A DNA stretch of 64,000 nucleotides. It comes from an uncultured Gemmatimonadales bacterium. Lineage in GTDB: Bacteria > Gemmatimonadota > Gemmatimonadetes > Longimicrobiales > RSA9. Every line of letters begins with the position of its first letter. The first letter of the stretch is position 1. The position numbers and the translations under genes were made by a program. Where the stretch lies: the NCBI GenBank assembly GCA_963708135.1, contig OY970192.1:2496001-2560000 (forward strand), given 5' to 3'. Below are positions 36,325 through 44,977 of this stretch, piece after piece. The notes under the pieces are model-generated. The model was not told the DNA's origin. It searched no databases and saw only the letters and a program-made list of their open reading frames with translations.

Positions 36325-37515
36325 TTGACGACGCTGCTGGAACGCGCCAGCACGCTGAGCGACGAGCTGGTGGCGCTCCGCCGGGACCTGCACCGACACC
36401 CCGAGCTCGCCTTCCACGAAACCCGCACCGCAGCGACGGCCGCGGAGCGCGCGGGCACCCTCGGCTACGAGGTCCGCACCGGCGTCGGCCGCACCGGCGT
36501 GGTGGCGGAGCTCCGGAACGGTCGCGGCCCCATCGTCGCCTTGCGCGCGGACATGGACGCGCTGCCCATCCACGAGGAGAGCGACGTCCCCTACCGCTCC
36601 ACCGTCGCCGGCGTCATGCACGCCTGCGGCCACGACGCCCACGTGGCCATGCTCCTCGGCGCCGCCCGCCTCCTGTCCGAGGCGAAGGCGCGCGGAGAGC
36701 TGCCCGCGGGCACCGTCCGCCTCCTCTTCCAGCCCTCCGAGGAGGGCGCGGATGCCGAGAACAAGAGCGGCGCCCGCCGGATGGCAGACGACGGCGCCAT
36801 GGAGCGTGTGGCCGCCGTGTTCGGCCTCCACATCGGCGGACACCTCGAGGCCGGGCGCATCTTCCTCGCCCAGCCCGGCCCGATCATGGCCGGCTCCGTC
36901 TCCTTCACCGCGACCGTCCTCGGCGCCAGCGCCCACGCGGCCCGCCCGAACGAAGGCATCGATGCCATCGTCCTCGGCGCGCACGTCGTGCTCGCCATCC
37001 AGAACGCCGTTGCCCGCCGGCTGGCGCCGGACGAGCAGGGCGTGATCTCCATCGGGATGGTGCGCGGCGGCGTCGCCGAGAACGTGCTCGCCGAGCGCGT
37101 CGAGCTGCGCGGCACTTTGCGCTACTTCGAGGAGCCCGTGCGCGAGACGCTCGAGCGGGAGCTGCGCCGCGCCGTCTCCGTGGCCGACGCGCTGGGCGGC
37201 CGCGGCGAGCTGGCGCTCCGCGCCGGCTACCCGCCCGTGGTGAACGACCCCGGCGCCACCGGCCTCGCACGAGCGGCGATCATCGGGACCTTGGGCGAGG
37301 CTGCCTTCGGAGCGCTGGACCCGTGGATGGGCGCGGAGGACTTCGCCATCCTCGCGCGCGAGGCACCCGGCTGTTTCTTCTGGCTGGGCGGCGCGCCCGC
37401 CCGCCCCCGCGAGCACCACACGCCCACCTTTGACGTGGACGAGGCCGTGCTCCCGCGCGGCGCTGCCGTGCTGGCCGCCTGCGCGGTCCGCGCGCTCGAA
37501 GCTCACGGAACGTGA
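36325..37515 (+). CDS. M20D family amidohydrolase
   Basis: TTG start with GGGAGA RBS; RRDLHRHPELAFHE, RADMDALP, MHACGHDAH, FQPSEEG, GAEDF, HHTP.FD. Confidence 0.92.
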   Translation: MTTLLERASTLSDELVALRRDLHRHPELAFHETRTAATAAERAGTLGYEVRTGVGRTGVVAELRNGRGPIVALRADMDALPIHEESDVPYRSTVAGVMHACGHDAHVAMLLGAARLLSEAKARGELPAGTVRLLFQPSEEGADAENKSGARRMADDGAMERVAAVFGLHIGGHLEAGRIFLAQPGPIMAGSVSFTATVLGASAHAARPNEGIDAIVLGAHVVLAIQNAVARRLAPDEQGVISIGMVRGGVAENVLAERVELRGTLRYFEEPVRETLERELRRAVSVADALGGRGELALRAGYPPVVNDPGATGLARAAIIGTLGEAAFGALDPWMGAEDFAILAREAPGCFFWLGGAPARPREHHTPTFDVDEAVLPRGAAVLAACAVRALEAHGT

Positions 37516-37546
37516 GACCGATTCCCCTGGTGGATCCGTAGCATCG

Positions 37547-38209
37547 ATGAAGCGACGTATGACGTCCCGACTCGCGGCGGGCGGCGCGCTCGCCGCCGCC
37601 CTCGCGCTCCTCGCCACACCCGGAGCGGCGCAGCGGCGGACGAACGGACCCCCGAAGACCTCGGCAAGTGCGTTCCTGGTCTGGTACCCGGACCCCGGCA
37701 CCCTCACCGATCCGGCGATCGACGGGCGAGCCGAGACGCGCTGGGACTTCGGCGCCGGGGTGGGGCCCGGGCTCGCGCTGCACCGCACCCTGGCCCCGGG
37801 CTTCGCGCTCGGTGTCGAGGGCACCTATGCCTCGTCCATACCGGTCGAGATCACGACCACCTGCCCGCCGGATGTCACTTGCGCGGCGGTGCTTGCGACC
37901 GCGTCAGGCCACGCCAGGCTCGCGTCCGCCATGGCGTCGGCCCGGCTCGAGACCGGCGGTGGCGGTGCCGTCGCCTTCTACTTCACGGGCTCGGCCGGCT
38001 TCTTCTTCTGGGGCATGCCGGCCCCCGTTAGCCGCTGGGACCACGACCTCGCGCTGCGCCCCGCCGCGGGGCTCCAGCTCGCGCTCGCGCCCCGCTCGGC
38101 GCTTTTCCTGGAGTGGGGGCAGCTCTGGGCGTTCCACGACCACGAGGGCGTGAAGAGCAACACGCACAAGTTCTCGCAGATCCGCCTGGGAGGTAGACTG
38201 GGATGGTGA
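37547..38209 (+). CDS. Hypothetical small outer-membrane beta-barrel protein
   Basis: Signal peptide; alternating amphipathic strands; C-terminal QIRLGGRLGW ending in an aromatic residue. Confidence 0.6.
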   Translation: MKRRMTSRLAAGGALAAALALLATPGAAQRRTNGPPKTSASAFLVWYPDPGTLTDPAIDGRAETRWDFGAGVGPGLALHRTLAPGFALGVEGTYASSIPVEITTTCPPDVTCAAVLATASGHARLASAMASARLETGGGGAVAFYFTGSAGFFFWGMPAPVSRWDHDLALRPAAGLQLALAPRSALFLEWGQLWAFHDHEGVKSNTHKFSQIRLGGRLGW

Positions 38210-39993
38210 TCCTGAATGCGACGCTCCCGCCGCGTGCCCGCCGCGCCGCGGCCGGCCTGCTCGCCGCCGCTCTGCTCGCCGCTTGCGGCGCGCGGCCGCA
38301 CACCACCACGCCGGTCCAGCGCGCCACCGCCGAGATGGCCGGCAAGGTGCCCACCGCCTGGCCCTTCGCCCTGCACCCGAGGCCGACCCTCGCGAGCCAC
38401 GGCATGGTGGCCAGCGATGCGCCGCTGGCCACCCGGGTCGGCGTGGACATCCTGAAGCGCGGCGGGAATGCGGTGGACGCCGCCGTCGCCACCGCCTTCA
38501 CGCTTGCCGTCGTCTACCCCGAGGCGGGCAACATCGGCGGCGGCGGCTTCATGGTCATCCGCATGCCCGACGGGCGCAGCGCCACCCTGGACTTCCGCGA
38601 GAAGGCGCCGCTCGCCGCAACCCACGACATGTACCTCGACTCCGCCGGCAAGCTGACGGACCTGTCCATCAACGGCCCGCTCGCCTCCGGCGTGCCCGGC
38701 TCCGTCATGGGGCTCTGGGTGGCGCACCGGAAGTTTGGCAAGCTGCCCTGGGCCGAGCTCCTCGCCCCGGCCATTCGCTACGCGGAACAGGGGTTCCGCG
38801 TGGACGCGCAGCTCGCCGCATCGCTGAAGGAGGCCGCGCCCCGGCTCGCGAAGAACGCCAGCGCCGCCGCCATCTACCTGCCCGGCGGACGCCCGCCTGC
38901 GCAGGGCTCCCTCTTCAGGAATCCCGACCTCGGCAGGACCCTCCAGCGCATCGCCGACAAGGGCGCACCCGGCTTCTACGGGGGCCCGACCGCCGATCTC
39001 ATTGCCGCCGAGATGAAGCGCGACGGCGGCATCATCACCACCGAGGACCTGGCCAGGTACGACGCCGAGTGGCGCGACCCCGTGGAGTTCGACTATCGAG
39101 GATACAAGGTCATCTCCATGCCGCCGCCCTCCTCCGGCGGGCTGACCCTCGGCCTCATCTGCGACATCGTCGAGGGCTACGACCTGGGCGGGCTCGGCTG
39201 GCACTCGCCCGAGGCGCTCCACTACGAGGCCGAGGCCATGCGCCGCGCCTTCGCCGACCGCAACCACTTCCTCGGCGATCCGGACTTCGTCCACGACCCG
39301 CGCGCCATGTTCCTCTCGAGGGACTACGCCGCGAAGCAGCGCGCCACCATCGCGCCCGACCGCGCAACCCGCTCCACCGACGTTCGGCCCGGCCTCGGCG
39401 AGGTCACCGAGGGCACCCAGACCACCCACTTCGACGTCGTGGACGCGGACGGCGGCGCCGTCGCCACCACCACCACCCTCAACGAGCTCTACGGCTCCGG
39501 CGTGGGCGTCGCAGGCGCAGGATTCGTCCTCAACGACGAGATGGACGACTTCGCCTCCAAGCCCGGGGCGCCCAACATGTTCGGCCTCGTCCAGGGCGAG
39601 GTGAACTCCATCGCCCCCGGCAAGCGCCCACTCTCCGCCATGACCCCGACCATCGTGCTCGGCAGGGACGGCAAGCCCCTCCTGGTCACCGGCGCCCGCG
39701 GCGGCCCGCGCATCATCAACGCCACCTTTCAGGTGCTCTCCAACGTGCTCGACTACGGCATGGACATCGGCTCCGCCGTGAACGCACCGCGCATCCACAT
39801 GCAGCACCTGCCCGACGTGCTCGGCTACGAGCGCGACGGACTCTCCGCCGGGACCGTGCAGGCCCTCGAGGCCATGGGCCACCACATCCAGCCCCGCGGC
39901 GGCGTCGCCAACGCGCCCTCGCTCCTCCGTGTTGGCGGCGTCTGGACCGGCCACGCCGACCCGCGCTCGGGAGGACTGGCCGCCGGCTATTGA
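38203..39993 (+). CDS. ggt: Gamma-glutamyltranspeptidase, lipoprotein
   Basis: Lipobox LAAC; GGNAVDAAVA, GGGGF, DFREKAP, PPPSSGG, nucleophile TTH, LNDEMDDF, PLSAMTP, GGPRII, ADPR. Confidence 0.96.
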   Translation: MVILNATLPPRARRAAAGLLAAALLAACGARPHTTTPVQRATAEMAGKVPTAWPFALHPRPTLASHGMVASDAPLATRVGVDILKRGGNAVDAAVATAFTLAVVYPEAGNIGGGGFMVIRMPDGRSATLDFREKAPLAATHDMYLDSAGKLTDLSINGPLASGVPGSVMGLWVAHRKFGKLPWAELLAPAIRYAEQGFRVDAQLAASLKEAAPRLAKNASAAAIYLPGGRPPAQGSLFRNPDLGRTLQRIADKGAPGFYGGPTADLIAAEMKRDGGIITTEDLARYDAEWRDPVEFDYRGYKVISMPPPSSGGLTLGLICDIVEGYDLGGLGWHSPEALHYEAEAMRRAFADRNHFLGDPDFVHDPRAMFLSRDYAAKQRATIAPDRATRSTDVRPGLGEVTEGTQTTHFDVVDADGGAVATTTTLNELYGSGVGVAGAGFVLNDEMDDFASKPGAPNMFGLVQGEVNSIAPGKRPLSAMTPTIVLGRDGKPLLVTGARGGPRIINATFQVLSNVLDYGMDIGSAVNAPRIHMQHLPDVLGYERDGLSAGTVQALEAMGHHIQPRGGVANAPSLLRVGGVWTGHADPRSGGLAAGY

Positions 39994-40102
39994 GCGGGGA
40001 CCCGCCCGCCCGCCTCACCCCTGGCGGCGGTGCATACCACGTGCGAAGGCCCGTGGGCCACCTCGGCTCACGGGCCTCTTCACGGCCGCGCGCCCACCTC
40101 CC

Positions 40103-43100
40103 TCAGTGCCCTGGTCCGCCGCCCGGCGCTGCTCCGTGGTCGTAGTAGTCGACGCCCCGGTCGTCCGCCCTCAGCTCCGGCTTCGTCAGCCACCAGCGCG
40201 TGCCGTACGGCCGCGCCACCGGCCACACTTCGTCGAGCGTCATGCCGTCGTACAGCACGCCGCCCTGCATGACGTAGTGGATCCTGTTGGTGTTGTGGAT
40301 GTCGTCGAGCGGGTTCGCGTCCAGCACCAGCAGGTCCGCCAGCTTGCCCGGCTCCAGCGTGCCCAGCTCATCCGAGACGCCGAGGAAGTGCGCGCCATCC
40401 ACGCTCGCCACCTCCAGCGCGCCCATCGGGCCCAGCGCGCTGGCCGCCATCCACACCTCCCATTGCGCGCCGATCCCCTGCGCCTGCCCGTGTGAGCCGA
40501 TGGCGCCGTACCCGCCCGCGGCGCGCACGTCCGCCAGCCCCTGCGCGATGAACGGGAAGCTGTAGTCGGTCTCCGGGCGCAGCATCCGTCGCCGCAGCTG
40601 CGGCATGATCTGCTGCCACGGCATCCACAGCTGCTGCTTCGGGCTCTTCCAGACGTCGCTCGACTGGTAGAAGTACTCCTCGTTCCACGGCCCCGGCCCG
40701 CCCACGATGAACGTCGGCGAGTAGACGGCGTGCGCCAGCCCGAAGAACTTCGCCGCGTCGCCGTACAGCGGGGTGTAGCTCATCGGGTGCTCGAAGCCGG
40801 TCTGCCCGTCCATGATCATGCCGAGGTTGTACGCCAGGTCGCTCCCTTCCGCCGTCACCTTCAGCCCCAGCTTCCTCGCCGCGTCCGACACCCACTGCCG
40901 CTGCTCCCGCCGCGACTGGAGGTACTGCTTCATCGTCACCGCGCCCCACGACTTCAGCCTCGCCACGTTGTCGTATGCCACCCGGTAGCTCGTGAGCGAG
41001 TTCTGCCGCGCGCCATCGCCCCGGTACAGCGGGTCGCCCGTGCTGTACGTCCGTGGCCCCACGACCAGGCCGGCCTCGATCAGCTCCGCCGTCGGGAACA
41101 CCTCCTCCGACCACGTGGACGGATCCAGGCTCGTCGTCACGCCGTAGGCGAGGTTCACCGCCTCTTCGTAGCTGTGCTGCGGGACGATCCCCCGGCTCTC
41201 CCGGTAATGGTGCGCGTGCATGTCAACGAAGCCCGGGATGATGGTCTTCCCCGTCGCGTCCATCACCCGGTCCGCGCCCGCCGTCGAGCACGTCCCGACG
41301 CACGAGAGCCGCGCCCCCTTCACCACGATCGTGCCGTCCTCGATCACCTGACGGTCCCTGAGCGTGATGATCCGCGCGTGCGTCAGGGCCACGCTCCCCT
41401 TCGGCGTGTTCCGCGGCACCATGAGGTGCACCGCGAACGTGTCCGTCTTCTCGCTACCCACGTGGTGGACGTAGAAGTGGTTCCCGCTCGTGAACTCCAC
41501 GGCCGACGCGTCCCGCCAGCGCGGGAAGAGGCCTCCCTGGGTGCTCAGCTGCCGCACCGGCAGGTCCGCGTGGCGCTTCTCGATGTCCACCGGCTCCCCG
41601 CCCGTCCCCACCATCGGCAGCGGCGTCAGGTAGACGTTGTCCCCCTCCTGGAAGGCCACCCACTTCCCGTCCGGCGAGGGCGCGGCCTCGTCCGCGAAGG
41701 GGAACGTCATGTGCTCCCGCTCGTCGCTGCCGTCCGGCTTCACCGACACCAGCGCCGTCACCGTCTTCCCCTTCACCTTCTCCTGGCGCGGGAAGAACAG
41801 CCGCCCGTCCGGCCCGAACGACGGCTCCACGATCTGGCTGCGGCTGTTCGAGAAGAACCCAGCCCCCAGCGGCTGGTCCACGGCCGCCAAGACCGTCCCG
41901 GCCCCGCCTCCGGCAGGCACTCTCACCAGGTCGTACGACGGCGTCTCCACCAGCCCCCGCCCGTGCGCCGTCTCCCCCGTCCCGCGCGCCACCACGATCG
42001 AGGCGCCATCCGGGCTCCACACCGGGTTCACGTACTCCGCCACCTCGGGCGTGAGCGCCTGCGGCGCGCCGCCGCCCACCGGCACCTTCCAGAGCTTCGC
42101 GCCGCCCGCCGCATCGTCCCAGCTCGTGAACGCCACCCACCGCCCGTCCGGCGAGAGCGCCGGCCCGTACTCGAACGCCGTGAACGATGCCGGCGTCAGC
42201 CGCTGCGGTGTGCCCCCCGGCAGCGCCACACGCCAGATGTGCCCCACCGCCTGGAACACCAGCGTCTTTCCGTCCGGCGTGCTCGCGCCCCAGCGCAGAA
42301 AATGCGACTCGAACGCCCCGTCCGTGATCTGCACCGGCGCGTACGCCATCTCCGAGATCGTGCGGTGCACCCGCGCCGTGAACGGAATCGTCGCAACCGA
42401 GCCCGTGGCCACGTCCACCCGCCTCAGCTTGCCGCCCTGCGAGAGGTAGATCGACTTGCCGTCCGGCGCCCACCGGTAGCCCGGCAGCACGCGCAGCGTC
42501 TTGATCCCCTCCGCGTTGTCCTCCGTGATCGGGTCCATCAGGATCCGCTCGGCCCCGGTCTCGAGGTCCCGCAACCATAGCGCCGTGCGCGGGCCGAAGC
42601 GGTGCCCCTTGTAGGAGATCGTGCCATCCGGGATCCGCCGCGCGAACGCCAGCCACTTCCCGTCCGGCGAAACCTCCGGCGCGATCGCTCCCCCGCTCGA
42701 CGCCCGGATCTGCTGTTCCCCCTCGCCCGTCGTGATCTCCCGGATCCGCCCCGTGCGCCGGTCCAGCCGCCGGATCTGCCACGCCCCCAATGTGATGTCG
42801 CGCGGGTACCGCCCGTTCGAGACCTGAAAGTAGAGGTAGCGCCCGTCCGGCCCCGGGGAGGGCCAGGACGCGCCCGTCTCGTCCTTCGCGTCCACCAGCT
42901 TCACGCCCGTCCCGCCCTCCCGGTGGTAGAGCCACAGCCCGCCCTGCCCCGCACCCGCCGTGCGGTCCTCGCCCGCCCATTGCCGCTGCACCACGATGTA
43001 CTGTCCGTCCGGCGTCCAGCGCGGCTCCACCACCCGGATGTTCTCATCCTGGAAAACCGCCCGCGGGTGCGAGCCGTCCGCGTCCATCAGCCACAGGTTG

Positions 43101-43474
43101 TCCTGCCCGCCGCGATCCGAGACGAACGCGATCGTCTTGCCATCCGGTGAGATCGCCGGGTGGTAGTTCACGGCCACTCCGCTGCCGGCCGTCAGGCACT
43201 CCGCCTCGCCTCCCGTCACCGGCACGCGGTAGATCTGACCCAGCAGGTCGAACGCGAGCCACGCCCCGTCCGGAGCCACATCGACCGACATCCACGTGCC
43301 CTCGGCTGTCGTGAAGTCGATGTCGCGCGTCTGGCCCCGCGCCCGCGTGACATCCCACTTCGCCCCAGGCGACGTATCCCCCGCCGCCTGCCCGCGCGCC
43401 GCTCCCGCCCCACCCCCGAGCATGCCCGCCGCGACCGCGAGAACCCCCAACAGCCTGCCGCTCCCTTGACGCAT
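40103..43474 (-). CDS. Secreted amidohydrolase with N-terminal PD40/TolB-like propellers
   Basis: Start MRQGSGRLL (GGAGG RBS); EGTWMSVDVAPDG and many SPDG blades; IIPGFVDMHAH; GTLEPGKLADLLVLDANPL. Confidence 0.88.
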   Translation of the reverse strand: MRQGSGRLLGVLAVAAGMLGGGAGAARGQAAGDTSPGAKWDVTRARGQTRDIDFTTAEGTWMSVDVAPDGAWLAFDLLGQIYRVPVTGGEAECLTAGSGVAVNYHPAISPDGKTIAFVSDRGGQDNLWLMDADGSHPRAVFQDENIRVVEPRWTPDGQYIVVQRQWAGEDRTAGAGQGGLWLYHREGGTGVKLVDAKDETGASWPSPGPDGRYLYFQVSNGRYPRDITLGAWQIRRLDRRTGRIREITTGEGEQQIRASSGGAIAPEVSPDGKWLAFARRIPDGTISYKGHRFGPRTALWLRDLETGAERILMDPITEDNAEGIKTLRVLPGYRWAPDGKSIYLSQGGKLRRVDVATGSVATIPFTARVHRTISEMAYAPVQITDGAFESHFLRWGASTPDGKTLVFQAVGHIWRVALPGGTPQRLTPASFTAFEYGPALSPDGRWVAFTSWDDAAGGAKLWKVPVGGGAPQALTPEVAEYVNPVWSPDGASIVVARGTGETAHGRGLVETPSYDLVRVPAGGGAGTVLAAVDQPLGAGFFSNSRSQIVEPSFGPDGRLFFPRQEKVKGKTVTALVSVKPDGSDEREHMTFPFADEAAPSPDGKWVAFQEGDNVYLTPLPMVGTGGEPVDIEKRHADLPVRQLSTQGGLFPRWRDASAVEFTSGNHFYVHHVGSEKTDTFAVHLMVPRNTPKGSVALTHARIITLRDRQVIEDGTIVVKGARLSCVGTCSTAGADRVMDATGKTIIPGFVDMHAHHYRESRGIVPQHSYEEAVNLAYGVTTSLDPSTWSEEVFPTAELIEAGLVVGPRTYSTGDPLYRGDGARQNSLTSYRVAYDNVARLKSWGAVTMKQYLQSRREQRQWVSDAARKLGLKVTAEGSDLAYNLGMIMDGQTGFEHPMSYTPLYGDAAKFFGLAHAVYSPTFIVGGPGPWNEEYFYQSSDVWKSPKQQLWMPWQQIMPQLRRRMLRPETDYSFPFIAQGLADVRAAGGYGAIGSHGQAQGIGAQWEVWMAASALGPMGALEVASVDGAHFLGVSDELGTLEPGKLADLLVLDANPLDDIHNTNRIHYVMQGGVLYDGMTLDEVWPVARPYGTRWWLTKPELRADDRGVDYYDHGAAPGGGPGH

Positions 43475-43816
43475 GCCTCCCCCTGCCTGTTCGGGATGGA
43501 TCCGGCCCCCTCCGCCCGTCCCCGGCCGCTCCGCCGGCGCCCGGCGGGCGGAGGTGTGCACTTCCGCACACCGGAGTGGATGCAGCCGCCCCCCCGAGCC
43601 GGTGCTCCGCTTGCGCGCGCGCGGCGCCGACACTGCCCGGTGTCCGAAGGATGCGCTGAGACGTCGTGAGTTGGTGGAACGTCCTGAGGTTTATTCGCCC
43701 CGCCCGGTCGTGTCAAGAAGAATCCATCTCGCCGACGGCCCGACTACCCGCAGATCCTTCCTCGTCCGCTACTCGCGCCCCCCGAGCCCCGAGCCCCCGA
43801 TTCCTTGCACGACGAA

Positions 43817-43849
43817 GCCCCCGCGCCGGCCGAGCCGGCCCGCGGGGGC
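43817..43849 (-). terminator. GC-rich hairpin, probable terminator of the upstream lipoprotein gene
   Basis: gcccccgcg-ccggc-cga-gccgg-cc-cgcgggggc, followed on the minus strand by a weak T-containing tail. Confidence 0.45.
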
Positions 43850-43899
43850 CTCGCACCCGCTCCCCTGCCGGGGGCGGGAGGACGTGGACCGGACGGCCG

Positions 43900-44778
43900 T
43901 CAGCGGCGCGCTACCTCGATCGGCTCGTCCGTGCGGATGACCACACGCGAGCCCTGGGGGAGGACGGCGTCCACGTCGGCCGTGCCCATGGCAATGGCGG
44001 TGCCTGCGGCCGCGCCGATGACCGCGCCCTTCACGGTGGAGCCGGTGCTGTGGCCGAGCACCTTCCCCAGGATCGCGCCGGCGGCCGCGCCGACCGCCAC
44101 CTTGCCCGCCTGCTGCGCGGTGCTCTGGCGAGTGTGTCGCTGCGGGTTCGCCTCGGTGACGGTGGCCTGCAGCGGGTAGGTGTGGCCGTCGAATGAGATC
44201 GACTCGAACGCGATCTTCATGACCGCCATCTGTCCGACGTGGTTTGACTTGTCCACTCCTGTCACACGCCCGTGCACGACCGCCCCGGCGGGGATCAGCA
44301 CGCTGCCGTCTCCCGCCAGCACGGGCTGGCTGAGGTGCGCGGTGAAGGCGTCCCCGGGGTTGTTCGTCTGCGTCGAGAGCGTCTGGTCGAGCAGCACGGC
44401 CATGCTCGTGCCCGTACCCACCGACGCCGTCGCCGGCGCGGGCGCCGGGGCCGGCTGTGGCGTGGGCGCGGTGCTCCGGGTCTGCGGCGCCGGTGTGGGC
44501 GTGCGGCGGGGCGCCGGCTCACGGCGCACCGGCGGCTGCGGCCTCGGCTCGGGTCTGGGTGGCGTGGCCGCCGGCGGCGGCGCGGCCTCGGTCCCGGTCA
44601 GGGCGGTGTCCTCGAAAGTGGCCGGTGTGCTGTCCTTCTGAAGCGCCAGGTTGAGGTCGCGATCGAGCTCATCCGACTTCAGCGCCGACTTCTCGTCCTG
44701 GCTCTTTCCGCAGGCGGCGGGCAGCGCCGCGAGCGGCAGCAGGATGAGGAGCGCCGCGGGTATGATCTTGCGGGACAT
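43900..44778 (-). CDS. Hypothetical lipoprotein: Pro-rich linker, TrbI/VirB10-like beta domain, glycine zipper
   Basis: MSRKIIPAALL...LPAAC; LST....GDAFTA, IPAGAVVHGRV, GAAAGAILG..GAVIGAAAG; GGAGG RBS. Confidence 0.7.
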   Translation of the reverse strand: MSRKIIPAALLILLPLAALPAACGKSQDEKSALKSDELDRDLNLALQKDSTPATFEDTALTGTEAAPPPAATPPRPEPRPQPPVRREPAPRRTPTPAPQTRSTAPTPQPAPAPAPATASVGTGTSMAVLLDQTLSTQTNNPGDAFTAHLSQPVLAGDGSVLIPAGAVVHGRVTGVDKSNHVGQMAVMKIAFESISFDGHTYPLQATVTEANPQRHTRQSTAQQAGKVAVGAAAGAILGKVLGHSTGSTVKGAVIGAAAGTAIAMGTADVDAVLPQGSRVVIRTDEPIEVARR

Positions 44779-44879
44779 GAGGCCCCTCCGTGTTTTTCGG
44801 CTGCTTGAAACCACCGGCCCCGGCGGGTACATTGAGCGGGGCGAACGGCCTTTTCGTGCTGAATCCGAAGGCTTCGAGG

Positions 44880-44895
44880 TGCAACGTGCATGCCA
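44880..44895 (-). promoter_or_regulatory. Sigma54 (RpoN) promoter
   Basis: Minus strand TGGCATGCACGTTGCA, near-consensus TGGCAC-N5-TTGCA, about 100 bp upstream of the 44778 start. Confidence 0.72.
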
Positions 44896-44977
44896 GAGCG
44901 GGCCGTGGCGGAACGCCTTCGCCGCGGCCCTGTTTTCTTGACTTTGGGGACCCGGGAACGAGTCGACAGCCGCCAAG

